Part shown: in pieces, positions 34,889 to 42,846 of the stretch
How the letters are laid out: each line of letters begins with the position of its first letter
Position numbering within the stretch: position 1 is the first letter of the stretch
From: a virus
Taxonomy: Duplodnaviria > Caudoviricetes
Length of the DNA stretch: 44,492 nt
IMG/VR virus record: IMGVR_UViG_3300025517_000058
Location: 1 to 44,492 of that record
Reading direction: 5' to 3' (one strand)
Notes under the pieces: model-generated
The model's database searches: none
What the model was told of the DNA's origin: nothing
The model's input: only the letters and a program-made list of their open reading frames with translations
Made by a program: the position numbers and the translations under genes

Positions 34889-35539
34889 ATGGCTGAATCT
34901 GTATGCACTCCAACTGAAAAGCCGAAAAAGCGTCGTACCCCATCTAATAAGCCGAGGCGAATAATCAGACGTGGTAGCGTGCTGCCCGCTCAGCTTATTC
35001 GTAAGTACTGTCAAGAAAAGAATATGGTCGAGCCTTTTGCGGAACGTACCGTCTATCAAGGCAAAACCTATGGTATCGGGCCGTGCAGCTATGACTTGCG
35101 AATTAAACAGCACATCGTTCTGCTACCACATCGCAAGTATAGACTTTGGAAATTCTTAAAGCTACTCGATAAAATCTATAGCTGGTTCAACTGTAGACCT
35201 TTCTTTAGCCATTATCATTGCGGCTTTGCTCTAGTCAGCAGCATTGAGAAGGTCAACATGCCTGACGATGTATGCGCTATGGTCATGGATAAATCGAGTT
35301 GGGCGCGTCGTGGCCTAGCTGTTCAAAACACACACTTTGATCCTGGTTTCTGCGGTTATCCTACCCTTGAGTTGAGTAACGAGGGCACGAGTACTATCGA
35401 AATTCCAGCCGGGGTAGCTATCTGCCAGCTCAAGTTTGAGCTTCTGTATGAACCCACAGAAATGCCGTACAGAGGAAAATACCAGAACCAACCAGATAAA
35501 CCTGTTGAGGCCATCGAAGGCAAAGACACTTGGGCTTAA
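34889..35539 (+). CDS. dcd: dCTP deaminase (trimeric dUTPase fold)
   Basis: PCSYDLR, KSSWARRGL, DPGFCGYPTLEL, ICQL, YRGKYQNQ. Confidence 0.9.
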   Translation: MAESVCTPTEKPKKRRTPSNKPRRIIRRGSVLPAQLIRKYCQEKNMVEPFAERTVYQGKTYGIGPCSYDLRIKQHIVLLPHRKYRLWKFLKLLDKIYSWFNCRPFFSHYHCGFALVSSIEKVNMPDDVCAMVMDKSSWARRGLAVQNTHFDPGFCGYPTLELSNEGTSTIEIPAGVAICQLKFELLYEPTEMPYRGKYQNQPDKPVEAIEGKDTWA

Positions 35540-35555
35540 ATAGTAAGTATATCTA

Positions 35556-35585
35556 CTTTTGCAACCCTATATAGGGTTGCAAAAG
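35556..35585. repeat. 30-bp perfect palindrome
   Basis: CTTTTGCAACCCTATATAGGGTTGCAAAAG equals its own reverse complement. Confidence 0.95.
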
Positions 35586-35647
35586 GCGGGATTTGCAGTT
35601 ATAGTCCTCGATCTAGTTTCTCGTGAGAACCTGGATCAAGGGCGCAA

Positions 35648-36529
35648 ATGCCATATGCACGCAACGCGGACCTGCCCGCTAATGTCCGCAATACCCTACC
35701 CGACGCCGCTCAAACACTCTTCCGCCGCGTGGTCAATGCCGCGCTTGCACGTGGTGACAGTGAAGAATCTGCTTTCCGCCAAGCTTGGGCTACCGTTAGC
35801 GAACACTACGAGAAACCAGAAAACGGTGGTAAGTGGGTAGCTAAGAAAGTACACAAGCGGAAATTCGCCACGCTTTATATCCGACGAGACGTCGAAAACG
35901 CCGAAGAACAACCTTGGACTTGTTCCATTGAGCTTGACCCTGAAATTCTTGAAGAATTGGATGAGAACTGGGAGGCGAACCACGTGGAAAAGCAATGCAA
36001 TACAATCGTTGTGTCGCTCGATCAAAAAGCGTTCTACACGGCTGACCAAGTGCAAGAAATCATTAAGCGCTTAAGTGAAGCAACCGCTAACGGTGCTACC
36101 GTTATTTCGGTATCTCCAAAAGTTGAGAAGCGCGAGCCGGAAAAACGGAAATTCAATTTCATCAAAGTTAATAAGAAGCTTGGGCTTATTTTCGGATGGG
36201 CCATTATTAGTAAGATTGGTGGCGAAGAGTACTTTGACCTTCAGGGTGACCATATTCCTGAAGATGCTATGCTTGAGGCCGCAACTGAGTTTATGGAGAA
36301 AAAGCGCACCTTAAAACTCATGCATAAGGGTGAGCCAAAAGGTGACGTTGTTTTTGCATGGCCCTTGACAGAGGAAGTAGCCAAAGCTATGGGGATCCGA
36401 ACCCAAGTCACGGGCCTGATGGTTGCAGTCAAGCCCACAAGCAAGAAATTGATTGAAGCTGCCGAGAATGGTGAGCTTCAGGGCTTTTCAATCGGCGGTC
36501 TTCGCCTAGTTGATGAAGAGGTAGAATAA
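35648..36529 (+). CDS. ChaB domain fused to XkdF-like prohead serine protease
   Basis: PY....DLPANVRNTLP..AQ.LF....N...AFRQAWATV..HYEK (ChaB); FGWA, DLQGD, LMH, GELQGFSIGG (XkdF-like). Confidence 0.8.
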   Translation: MPYARNADLPANVRNTLPDAAQTLFRRVVNAALARGDSEESAFRQAWATVSEHYEKPENGGKWVAKKVHKRKFATLYIRRDVENAEEQPWTCSIELDPEILEELDENWEANHVEKQCNTIVVSLDQKAFYTADQVQEIIKRLSEATANGATVISVSPKVEKREPEKRKFNFIKVNKKLGLIFGWAIISKIGGEEYFDLQGDHIPEDAMLEAATEFMEKKRTLKLMHKGEPKGDVVFAWPLTEEVAKAMGIRTQVTGLMVAVKPTSKKLIEAAENGELQGFSIGGLRLVDEEVE

Positions 36530-38199
36530 TGTCAAAGCCCAAGCGCCGGATCATGCGCCGGTTTAAGCTGGACGAAATTTCTCTTGTAGATCAACCCGCT
36601 CAGGAGCCAGCTAGGATGACCCTACTTAAACGACAGGTTACGAAAAGTATCGGGGGTAAAAATTTCTTTGCGAAAGATTTTGCCTATGTCGAAGATGAAA
36701 CTGATCCAACAACCTGGAAGTGGCGGTTAACTGATCGCCCCGGCGGTAAACCGACGCCTGCTCGCGTCATGTCAGTCATTAAGGCTTTCGAGGGCCAGCG
36801 CTACGCTATTCCCGATGATGCGCTTGATAGCATTCTCGACAAGCTACGTGAAGCTTGGATGAAAGCTTTCCCAAGCAAAGCTGGTGAAATGCCGTCTGCA
36901 CTTAATGACGACCAGAACCCGCCACCAAACAATGATAAGCAGGAGGACGATGAGCAACCGCCCATGGATGGAGCTGAAGGCTCTGACGATGAAGATAACA
37001 ATGAGCCTGATCCTAACGCTAACAGCGAGGATGAGGAAAATGAAGACGAGATGAAGGCTCGTGCTAGCAAGGCTGAGGACGATGCCGACATGGATAGTGA
37101 GGATGATACGGAAAAGGAGGAGGACGAAGACGAAGCTGATATGGTAGACAAAATCCTGAAGGGGTATATCGATACCTCTGCGGGAGCCAAGACCTTTGCC
37201 GAGGTTTTTGAGATCTTTCGTCAACAAGACGAACACTACGAAATGCTCGACAAGGCTTGGCCAGTCATTTCTGCCCTTGACCAGTCCATCCGTTCCATTG
37301 TAGCAGATACTGAGATTGACACGGCCACGAAGCACACGATGCTTCGCAACAGTGTCGAAACTTTTCTGGCAGCAATTAAGAGTGTAATGCCAGAAGTTGA
37401 AGAGGTCCTTGATAAGGTCCTCACGAAGTCAGTTAAACTTAGTAAGGGAGCCAAGAAAATGGCAAAATCAAATGAGCCTATCGAGAAGCGTCTCGAGGCC
37501 CTGGAAAAGAAGCTGAACGATGCCGAGAAGGCTCGTGAGGCTGCCGAGGCTAAGGCGGCGCGGCTCGAAAAGGTTGCTGCTTTGACGGCTGATGAGAAGG
37601 AATTCTTCGATCGGCTGCCGGAGAAGGAGCAGGATAACTTCCTCAAGATGAACAAGGTGGAGCGCGTGAAGGTCATTAAGAAGGCCCTTGAGGAGGATGA
37701 GACCATCGAGTTCGGAGGTCAAACTTTCTCCAAGTCTCAAGTTGATCCGGCAATCTGGAGCTTCATGAAGGCTCAGGCTGCTCAGCAAGAAGAGCTCAAG
37801 AAGCAGCTTCAGGCTGAGCGTGAGGCTCGTGAAAATGCTGAGATTGCCAAGCAAGCTCGTGAAGAGCTCGCTAACCTGCCGGGTACCGAGGATGAGAAGG
37901 TCGCCTTGCTCAAGTCGATCCGTGCTCTTCCTCAGGAGCAGCAAGAAGTCATGCTCAAGTTTGCTAAGCAGGCAAACAGCGTGGCCACGCTTGCTATCCA
38001 GCGGCTCGGCACGACGGGTGTTCACTCTGGCGAGGGCTTACTTAGCAAGGCCGCTGGCGATAACGAGTTCATGCAGAAGGTCGCTGAAATCCGTAAGCGC
38101 GATAATTGCTCGCGGACTGAGGCCATGCGTAAGGCTCGCAAGGAGTACCCCGAAATCTACAAGCGGTGGAGCGGGGCTTCTAACGGCGCGGTTCACTAA
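36529..38199 (+). CDS. capsid scaffolding protein with N-terminal protease-like segment
   Basis: DEISLVDQPAQ at the N-terminus, acidic linker, long coiled coil; upstream of capsid genes. Confidence 0.7.
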   Translation: MSKPKRRIMRRFKLDEISLVDQPAQEPARMTLLKRQVTKSIGGKNFFAKDFAYVEDETDPTTWKWRLTDRPGGKPTPARVMSVIKAFEGQRYAIPDDALDSILDKLREAWMKAFPSKAGEMPSALNDDQNPPPNNDKQEDDEQPPMDGAEGSDDEDNNEPDPNANSEDEENEDEMKARASKAEDDADMDSEDDTEKEEDEDEADMVDKILKGYIDTSAGAKTFAEVFEIFRQQDEHYEMLDKAWPVISALDQSIRSIVADTEIDTATKHTMLRNSVETFLAAIKSVMPEVEEVLDKVLTKSVKLSKGAKKMAKSNEPIEKRLEALEKKLNDAEKAREAAEAKAARLEKVAALTADEKEFFDRLPEKEQDNFLKMNKVERVKVIKKALEEDETIEFGGQTFSKSQVDPAIWSFMKAQAAQQEELKKQLQAEREARENAEIAKQAREELANLPGTEDEKVALLKSIRALPQEQQEVMLKFAKQANSVATLAIQRLGTTGVHSGEGLLSKAAGDNEFMQKVAEIRKRDNCSRTEAMRKARKEYPEIYKRWSGASNGAVH

Positions 38200-38276
38200 G
38201 GGTTGCGCCCTAGCCTAACGTTGTTTGGTTGAGGAAAGCCCGTCTAAGGGCGGGCTAATTTCAAGGAGAAAGGTAC

Positions 38277-38639
38277 ATGGCTCTTTATAAGCTGGTCGAA
38301 GGTCTTACCTGGACTGCTGAGGCAGGAGCGGATCTTCGCACTCACCTCAACAAGTTCGTGACGATCAATGCCAATGGCGAAGCGGTGCTGCCCAGCAGTG
38401 GTGCTGCTGCGGTCGGCACGATCTATGAGGTTAACCTCTCTGGTAGCGCTCCTTATGGGCCGGTCACGATCCAGCTCGGTGGCGTTGCCAAGGTTGTTGC
38501 TGGTGGCTCGATTAACGCTGGTCAGGAAGTGGAAGTCGGCGCTAACGGCACGGCTGTTGCCAAGACCTCTGGCGTTGGTGTGGGTATCGCTCTCGCCGGT
38601 GGTGCGAGCGGTGAAGTTATTCCGGTGCTGCTGAAATAA
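38277..38639 (+). CDS. capsid cement/decoration protein (DUF2190-like)
   Basis: Gly/Ala/Val-rich, 120 aa, GGVAKVVAGG..AG..V...ANG.A...GIAL...GEVIPVLL. Confidence 0.75.
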   Translation: MALYKLVEGLTWTAEAGADLRTHLNKFVTINANGEAVLPSSGAAAVGTIYEVNLSGSAPYGPVTIQLGGVAKVVAGGSINAGQEVEVGANGTAVAKTSGVGVGIALAGGASGEVIPVLLK

Positions 38640-38701
38640 GAAGCAATAATAGCGGAAACAACAGCCTATAGCCCCTTAATTTGTAACAAGGAGAGTTAAA
38701 G

Positions 38702-39754
38702 ATGGAACTCTTGAAAGCAGGCGGTCCGGATATCTTTGGTACCGCTGATGAACTGCGGAAAAATAGCCCCTCGGCTACCAATATCCAAGGCTCGCTGCAC
38801 GTTGACACGTACCTGACTAACTTCTCGGTCATGTACGTGCAGGATGAAGCCAATTTCATCGCTCAGCGTGCAGCCTCCCGTATTCCGGTCGTAAAGCAGA
38901 CGGACTTGTACGTCATCTACGACCGTGGGTACTTCTGGCGTGATGATGTTGTTCCTCGTCCGCTCGGTGGTCGTCCGCAGCAGGTCGGCTACAAGGTCGA
39001 GGAGGGCACGTACTCCTGCGTCGAGTATGCGCTGGAGCATGTGATCGATGACCGGCAGCGTCAGAACGCGGATGACCCGATCAACCTTGAAGAGAACGCG
39101 GCTATCCTGCTTACTCAGAAGAACATGATTAAGCAGGACCGCGTATGGTGCCAACGGTTCTTCCGTCGGAACGTCTGGAGCGTTGACTACGAGGGTGTGG
39201 ATTCACCCCCGGCTGGCGCGACCCAGTTCTTAAAGTTCACGGATCCGTCATCTGAGCCGATTGCAGTGATCGACGCGGCCAAGGACGCTATGGCTCGTGC
39301 CACCGGCTTCACGCCGAACACGCTGGTTCTCGGTGCGGCGGTTAAGCGCACGCTCCGCTCACATCCGGATCTCAGCGACCGCATCAAGTACACGCAACGC
39401 GGCGTCGTTGATGACGCGATTCTGGCTTCGCTCTTCGAGGTCGATAACGTCATTACGGCTCGCAGCGTTTACAATGCGGCGGCTGAAGGCGCAGCCAACA
39501 ACTTCCAGTTCATCGCGGATGAGAATTCGATGTGGCTGGGCTACATTGATCCGAACCCGACGATCAACAGCCCGACTTCCATCGCTCTGTTCTCCTGGAC
39601 TGGTCTTATCCCCGGCTACACGAACCAGCTCGGTGGTGTAATCGAGCGCGGCCGCGATGAGCGCGCCCACAGCGATTACTTCCAGGGCCGTATGGCTTGG
39701 GATCTGCGCTTGGTCGCCAGTGACCTTGGCATCTTCTTCGCCGATGTGGTCTAA
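38702..39754 (+). CDS. major capsid protein
   Basis: HVDTYLTNFSVMY...FIA...PV.KQ.D.Y, PNTLVLG, HP; position after the cement gene; GC3-rich codons; AAGGAG SD. Confidence 0.88.
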   Translation: MELLKAGGPDIFGTADELRKNSPSATNIQGSLHVDTYLTNFSVMYVQDEANFIAQRAASRIPVVKQTDLYVIYDRGYFWRDDVVPRPLGGRPQQVGYKVEEGTYSCVEYALEHVIDDRQRQNADDPINLEENAAILLTQKNMIKQDRVWCQRFFRRNVWSVDYEGVDSPPAGATQFLKFTDPSSEPIAVIDAAKDAMARATGFTPNTLVLGAAVKRTLRSHPDLSDRIKYTQRGVVDDAILASLFEVDNVITARSVYNAAAEGAANNFQFIADENSMWLGYIDPNPTINSPTSIALFSWTGLIPGYTNQLGGVIERGRDERAHSDYFQGRMAWDLRLVASDLGIFFADVV

Positions 39755-39852
39755 TAGATAGACACACAGATAGGTGCTAAACAAGTGAGCGGGGTCTAAA
39801 GCAATAGCAACATGACCCCAAACCCCGCTCCCAAATCCGACAGGGGGTAAAA

Positions 39853-39981
39853 ATGGTTGGGCCGTCATTTCCAGAGCTCACAAACGAGCGACGCAAACTC
39901 CAAAAATGGGAATTAGATCGCAGATTGAATTATTTCTACGCACGGCCTAGACCTCCTTTTACAGATAAGAATTCGGAATGA
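39853..39981 (+). CDS. unannotated 42-aa ORF
   Basis: AGGGGG SD; MVGPSFPELTNERRKLQKWELDRRLNYFYARPRPPFTDKNSE (manual translation). Confidence 0.4.
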   Translation: MVGPSFPELTNERRKLQKWELDRRLNYFYARPRPPFTDKNSE

Positions 39982-40109
39982 TGGTGGCAATTTGCCTGAA
40001 GTGGTAGCAGTCTACAATACAAAAGACTTGCTAGCGTAAAAATAATAGCCGTGTTAATTAGCAGTTGTGAGTGAAGTCCCAGCAATAGCAACATAAAACG
40101 AGCACAACA

Positions 40110-40652
40110 ATGACAGATATACCTCTAGGAAGCCCGATGAAGGGTACTCGAATTGATCGCAGAACGGGTAAGTTCGCTCGCGAGCTATTCGATCCGACGA
40201 AAACATTCGTTGCCGCTCGCAACATCATTCTGCACGGCAAGTTGATCAAGATTGGAGAAGTATTTCCCAAACAAAAGGTCAATCATCGGCGGCTTCGCCA
40301 GATGTACGAGCAAAGGCTACTTAATTACTCGGAAGAAGTTGTAGCTCCTGAACAAACGACCTATGAGCCGATCAAGCCCGACTTCGATACTCTTAGTGAT
40401 GAAGGTCTACGCGTTTGGTTACGCAACAACGGCTACATCGCACGGCCTAAAACACCTAGGGAAAAGTTACTTGAACTAGCTCAGCAAAAGTGGAAGGAGT
40501 ATATGGATGGCCTCGCTGTTGCAGCAGGAACTCGCAAAGCAAATAGCGAAGGCGTTCAAAGGGAAACTGCTGAAAGGAACGCTTCGTCGGGAAATAGCGA
40601 GCACGGTAAACGAATACGGAGATCCCGTAACAAGTCAAGTGCAAACGTTTAG
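40110..40652 (+). CDS. hypothetical protein with HeH/LEM-like motif
   Basis: FDTLSDEGLRVWLRNNG....KTPREKLLELA; located in the head-tail region. Confidence 0.55.
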   Translation: MTDIPLGSPMKGTRIDRRTGKFARELFDPTKTFVAARNIILHGKLIKIGEVFPKQKVNHRRLRQMYEQRLLNYSEEVVAPEQTTYEPIKPDFDTLSDEGLRVWLRNNGYIARPKTPREKLLELAQQKWKEYMDGLAVAAGTRKANSEGVQRETAERNASSGNSEHGKRIRRSRNKSSANV

Positions 40653-40887
40653 CGTTGAGGGCATTCGAGATACCTTTGATGCACGATACGCCCTGTTCTA
40701 TGGCATACCTCAAACCGACGTTCGCATCTTGTTGATCATGGACTTGATTAAACCAAAAACCACACCACAACAAGATGACAAAATTTTTATTCGTGGTAAA
40801 TGGCATCAAGTCCGAAAGATTTTAGAGATTGATCCGGCAAATGCCTCGATCACTCTACAATGTTTCGAGATCGAAGCTCCAACTTAA
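40507..40887 (+). CDS. head-tail joining (head closure) protein
   Basis: about 126 aa, beta-rich, YGDPV...DVRILL...PQQDDKI.IRG.W.V...DPA.A...LQ; AAGGAG SD. Confidence 0.65.
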   Translation: MASLLQQELAKQIAKAFKGKLLKGTLRREIASTVNEYGDPVTSQVQTFSVEGIRDTFDARYALFYGIPQTDVRILLIMDLIKPKTTPQQDDKIFIRGKWHQVRKILEIDPANASITLQCFEIEAPT

Positions 40888-40896
40888 GGAGAAAGG

Positions 40897-41088
40897 ATGA
40901 TGTTTAAGATCATCGTGTACGAAGCAGGCTACTATGTTGACCCCGGAACGTTGCCGAAGTGGGTCTATCACAAGCTGCGGTTCCTAGTAGGTAAGTTTGG
41001 CGAGAACCTCGACATTGCTCCTAAGTGGGCACGTCACGCTGCCAATTTCCTCGCTAGGAAGTTCATCTCGACTACCTTTAGTGCGTAA
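40897..41088 (+). CDS. small hypothetical protein
   Basis: AAGGAG SD; 63 aa. Confidence 0.55.
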   Translation: MMFKIIVYEAGYYVDPGTLPKWVYHKLRFLVGKFGENLDIAPKWARHAANFLARKFISTTFSA

Positions 41089-41120
41089 TGGTATACTACA
41101 GGCTCGTGAGGGATTAAGTC

Positions 41121-41561
41121 ATGGCACTGGTAGATCTTTCCGAGCCTATTCGCAATGCTATCATTGCTAGCAGCGAGATAACCTCGCTGCTGGAACCTTA
41201 TGCTGGATCTTATCCTGTTTTTACGCATCGTCCTATTCCAGCAGACTCTCCTCGCATTGTTATTGTTATCTCTCAAGACATAGCGAGTGATTATCAGGAT
41301 GGATTGAATGACTTTCGCCCTGTCATTATTCGAGACATTATAGTCTTTGGGCAGAATGAACCTGATGATAGATTCCGTAAAGTACAGCAAATTGCTCGAT
41401 ACATACACAGCTTGTTTCATCACAAGCGTTATAGCATAAATGTTCCGGGTTGGATCACAGTGCTGGTCCAAGCCACCGGCCCTATTTCGTTACCGCAAGA
41501 TGATCAAACGGTAGCGGAAGTAGTAACAGTGCAAGTCACATTGGCAAGAAAGGAGAGCTAA
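41121..41561 (+). CDS. tail terminator (DUF3168-like)
   Basis: size, composition and position immediately before the tail tube gene. Confidence 0.65.
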   Translation: MALVDLSEPIRNAIIASSEITSLLEPYAGSYPVFTHRPIPADSPRIVIVISQDIASDYQDGLNDFRPVIIRDIIVFGQNEPDDRFRKVQQIARYIHSLFHHKRYSINVPGWITVLVQATGPISLPQDDQTVAEVVTVQVTLARKES

Positions 41562-42041
41562 ATGAGCGGCATCTTCGCAACGGCAGGCTCGAAAGTCTTC
41601 ATCGGGCAGGTCATGTCCCCGAAAAGCGCGGACTTTACAGAGTCCGATTTTCAGGGCATGACTTGGACGGAGATTGCATGGGTTGAGACCATCGGTCAGT
41701 TCGGTGATACCTCTGCGGAAATCACATTCGATGCTATCGGTGAACAGCGCACCCAAAAGTTGAAGGGTACCCGCAACGCCGGTAACATGGAATTGGTATG
41801 TGGTATCGATAGCTCTGACCCTGGTCAGATTGCCTTGCGAGCGGCTGAAGCAACACCATTTGACTATGCATTCCGTGTTGACTTCAATGACGCGCCTCCA
41901 GGCGGTACACCTTCTCAGCGGTTCTTCATTGCCAAGGTAATGTCGGCTGCTGAGCAGTTAGACGGTGCTAACAACGTTGTTCGATTGAACGCCACTCTCG
42001 CGATTAACTCGAATATCGTTGCAGTTGATCCGACACCGTAA
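41562..42041 (+). CDS. major tail tube protein
   Basis: TAGSKVFIG, IGQFGDT, KLKGTRNAG, DPGQIAL, LAINS. Confidence 0.85.
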   Translation: MSGIFATAGSKVFIGQVMSPKSADFTESDFQGMTWTEIAWVETIGQFGDTSAEITFDAIGEQRTQKLKGTRNAGNMELVCGIDSSDPGQIALRAAEATPFDYAFRVDFNDAPPGGTPSQRFFIAKVMSAAEQLDGANNVVRLNATLAINSNIVAVDPTP

Positions 42042-42089
42042 TATAGTTCGCCTACATCCAGTAACCTGTAATTAGAAGGAATAGCAACA

Positions 42090-42536
42090 ATGTCAGACAA
42101 ACCTCAACTCGGACGTGGTAACGTCTACATTAGACTTGGTGGTATAGAATACACGCTGAAACCATCTGTGTACGCAGCTAAAACTATATCTCGCAAGTTT
42201 GGTGGACTGAACCTCGCTGTTGATCGAGTTGCTAAACTGGACTTTGAGGCGATCTGTGAAGTAATCTTCATAGGGTTGGGCAAACAAATGCTCAACCCTC
42301 GTGAACGCCAAGAGCTAGAAGAGCTTATCTTTGAGTCCGGGTTTTCCGACGATACCGGTAAACTCGGAGAACTCTGCGTTCAATACTTAGTTGCTCTCAT
42401 GCGTGGCGGTCGTACCATGACCCCTGAAGAGCAAGCAGAAGCCCTGGCTGAATACCAGAAAATGCAGGAAGAGGGCAAGGATATGGGAAACCCTCCAAGC
42501 TCCAACAACAACTCGACCAACGGTACGATGAATTAG
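42090..42536 (+). CDS. tail assembly chaperone (gpG-like)
   Basis: follows the tail tube gene; ends at a slippery site, ATG GGA AAC. Confidence 0.8.
   Translation: MSDKPQLGRGNVYIRLGGIEYTLKPSVYAAKTISRKFGGLNLAVDRVAKLDFEAICEVIFIGLGKQMLNPRERQELEELIFESGFSDDTGKLGELCVQYLVALMRGGRTMTPEEQAEALAEYQKMQEEGKDMGNPPSSNNNSTNGTMN
42485..42491 (+). other. -1 programmed ribosomal frameshift heptamer G GGA AAC
   Basis: X XXY YYZ in the correct phase; -1 frame open to 42844. Confidence 0.82.
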
Positions 42537-42844
42537 TAGAAATCGCACTGGGCTGGTTAGGTTGGAGTGAGGAGCAAACTCTATATAGTGACGTAAACGC
42601 CATCCTTATTGCCTACGATGGTTTAATTAAACGCTTGAATGCAGAAAAAGGAGTGGTCGTAAAAGATAATGCTCAAAACTCGGACCCGAAACACATCACA
42701 GTCGGAGGTGGTAAACCAAATCCATTAACACCGGCTGCATTTGATGCTATGTTCGGACGAGGCAAACCGGCTGTAGTACGAAAGGGCGTTCAACCCATCT
42801 CTACTCCAAGCCGAAGACCTACTCCTCGACCAGTACGGAGATAG
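42485..42844 (+). CDS. frameshifted extension of tail chaperone (gpT-like)
   Basis: -1 frame reads ..PSKLQQQLDQRYDELVEIALGWLGWSEEQTLYSDVNAILIAYDGLIKRLNAEKG.., contiguous with track ORF 42635..42844. Confidence 0.75.
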   Translation, partial: GKPSKLQQQLDQRYDELVEIALGWLGWSEEQTLYSDVNAILIAYDGLIKRLNAEKGVVVKDNAQNSDPKHITVGGGKPNPLTPAAFDAMFGRGKPAVVRKGVQPISTPSRRPTPRPVRR

Positions 42845-42846
42845 GG

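Noticed and set aside
35556-35585. Palindrome as intrinsic terminator or protelomerase target
   Set aside because: Tract orientation is wrong for a terminator; no protelomerase is visible in the window, so that reading is unsupported
38237-38262. Hairpin AGCCCGTC/GGCGGGCT before the cement gene as a terminator
   Set aside because: No proper U-tract and it lies mid-operon; more likely an mRNA-stabilising stem
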